A stretch of 31,195 nt of DNA from Methanobacterium sp. (GTDB taxonomy: Archaea; Methanobacteriota; Methanobacteria; Methanobacteriales; Methanobacteriaceae), in NCBI GenBank assembly GCA_003166335.1, contig PMWA01000028.1, positions 21,921-53,115 on the forward strand, read 5' to 3'. Below, one piece after another: positions 29,167-31,195 of the stretch (position 1 is the first letter of the stretch; every line of letters starts with the position of its first letter). A program made the position numbers and the translations under genes. The notes under the pieces were generated by a model, which saw only the letters and a list, made by a program, of their open reading frames with translations, made no database searches and was not told the origin of the DNA.

Positions 29167-31195
29167 ATGGTCAAACATCATGAAAAACATCCTAAGTCTT
29201 CAGAAATGTTATCTGCAATATATACTCTGAATCCGGATGCTATTTCTCTTACTACTGTGTCTGATGGTAAAATTATCGATTGTAACCAGGTATATCTGAA
29301 TCAAATCGGCTATTCTAGAGAGGAGGTAATTGGACGCACATCATTAGAACTAAATTTATTCAGTTTAGAGGAAAGAAATGCCTATGTCAACGAGATCAGG
29401 AGAAACAAAAATTTATATGATTATGAAGTAAAAGTCATGCGAAAAGATGGTACTTTCGTTAATATTCTTTATTCAGCCCGATTCATCACCGTTAAAGGAG
29501 AAAATGTCATACTAAGTATAGGTAAAGACATTACTGAGCGTAAAAAAGTGGAGAATGAGTTGAAAGAACGGGAAAATAAGTTTAGAACATTTTTTGAAAA
29601 TATATTAGATGCTGTGTTACTAACAATACCTGATGGTACTATTATAGCAGCTACTCCTGCTGCTGAAGAATTATTTGGATATACCGAAGAAGAAATATGT
29701 AAACTAGGAAGAAAAGGACTAGTTTATAGAAATGATCCTAATTTACCTATATTAGTAAAGGAAAGGGTTCTTACAGGTAAAGCTAAAGGAGAACTTAATT
29801 TTATAAAAAAAGATGGAACCAAATTTCCCGGAGAAGTGTCTACGAGTGTCTTTGAAGATAGTAATGGTAATAAAAGGACAAGTATGGTGATAAGAGATAT
29901 TACCAAGCGTAAACATGCTGACGAAGCTCTGCTTAAGAGTGAGGAAAGGTATCGGAGTATTATTGAAAATATTCAGGATGCTTATATTCGTGCAGATAAA
30001 GCAGGTAATATCATCATGGCAAGTCCTTCTGCAGCCCATATGTATAGATTTGATTCACCTCATGAAATGATTGGACTTTCAGCTTCTTCACTATACAAAA
30101 ACCCAGATGACAGGAAATACCTAATGGAACAACTAATAAATCAGCGTAAAGTGGAGGATTTTGAAAGTGAAGCTTTAAGAAGAGACAGCTCATCCTTTTT
30201 AGTGTCACTGAATTCTCAGTACCATTATGATGATCGAGGTCAAATTAAGGGCACAGAGGCATTTGTCCGTGACGTGACAGAACGAAAAAATGCTAAGCAG
30301 CAAATTGAATATCAGGCAAATTTACTCAGCCAGGTAAATGATGCTATTATCGGATTCAACTCTAATTTGCGGATAACCTACTGGAACAAGGGCGTAGAGC
30401 AAATGTACGGTTACACTGAAGAGGAAGCAGTAGATAAAACCACAACAGAAATATTACGTCCAATTTATAAACCCGGCGAACAAGAGAAAATGATTAAAGA
30501 AATAATGGATCACGGACTTCACCGAGCTTCGCCCATCTTAAACATAAAACTGGAACCGAAGTAATAGCTGAAATAGATTCTATACAAATCACTGATAATT
30601 CTGGAAATACTGAATATATTGCAGTTTACCGTGACATCACCGAACGTAAAAAAGCCGAAGAAGCATTAAATAAAAGCGAAGAACGTTTGCGTCTTGCTCA
30701 AATCAGAGGTAATGTTGGAGTATGGGACTGGAATACAGTTACTAATGAACTTAATTTTACACCCGAACTAGAGCAACTTTACGGTTTAAGCCCCGGAACC
30801 ATCAAAACATATCAAAACTGGCGTCAACTTACTCATCCGGATGACATTGTAAAAATCGAAACCGAAAGAGATGACAAAATTGCAAAACACGAACCATTCG
30901 ATTTAGAATTCCGTATATTCCACAAATCAGGTGATATACGCTGGCTATCAGCCAAAGGCGGTGCAATCTATAATAATGAAGGAAATATTGTGCGTGTACT
31001 AGGCATAAACACTGATATCACCGAGCGTAAAAAAGCTGAAGAAAATATACAGAAGTTAGCAGATGTAGTTGAATCTTCAAATGATGCTATTATAACCAAA
31101 TCTCTGGAAGGAATTATAACTAGTTGGAATAAAGGAGCAGAACAAATTTATGGTTATAATGCTGAAGAAGTCCTAGGACAAAATATTTCAATATT
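29167..31195 (+). pseudogene. Multi-PAS/PAC sensor protein (probably a histidine kinase) interrupted by a frameshift at ~30500-30560; runs off the window end
   Basis: PAS repeats end in DITERK, DITKRK and DVTERK. The first frame stops at 30564 inside PAS4. The -1 frame continues KHKTGTEV...VYRDITERKKAEEAL...GVWDWN...HPDD...DITERKKAEE...SSNDAII and stays open to 31195. Confidence 0.8.

Noticed and set aside
2679..30208. Short antisense or overlapping ORFs in the track (e.g. 2679, 3063, 4918, 8953, 9979, 12073, 14019, 15162, 19834, 21918, 23315, 26758, 27325, 28001, 28375, 29724, 29752, 30014)
   Set aside because: They are shadow ORFs opposite well-supported genes and carry no motifs.
1..31195. 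CRISPR array, tRNA, rRNA or transposase
   Set aside because: No regularly spaced repeats, cloverleaf signatures, long GC-rich structural RNA or transposase motifs were seen by eye.

Overview
AT-rich archaeal chromosomal window, most likely from a Methanobacteriales methanogen such as Methanobacterium. The assignment rests on the pseudomurein-binding-repeat protein, the methanofuran genes mfnD/mfnF, the CDP-archaeol synthase C-terminus, archaeal FAD synthase ribL and GGAGG/GAGGTG Shine-Dalgarno sites. Positions 1-25.3 kb are mostly housekeeping: carS end, an orphan membrane protein, mfnF, mfnD, wecB, DUF460, truA, EamA, CDF, DUF998, hisA, a MurT-like ligase, a flippase, ribL, a PMBR-transglutaminase, a ThiN-HIT fusion, an FrlB-like SIS protein, Hsp20, NOG1 GTPase, AMMECR1, TldD and an ATP-cone protein. 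Positions 25.6-31.2 kb look accessory or decaying: a YhgE/Pip pseudogene with a paired palindromic operator, a GC-rich alkylsulfatase and a frameshifted multi-PAS sensor. The best novelty candidate is the ThiN-HIT fusion, which could supply the ADP-thiazole hydrolysis step of Thi4-type thiamine synthesis or be a thiamine-phosphate-sensing nucleotide hydrolase. Also notable are two probable non-canonical start codons (CTG for DUF460, ATT for ribL) and a cryptic degenerate copy of the transglutaminase 3' end hidden in an intergenic region. No rRNA, tRNA, CRISPR array or transposase was recognised. All family calls come from motif recognition by eye; no database search was run.
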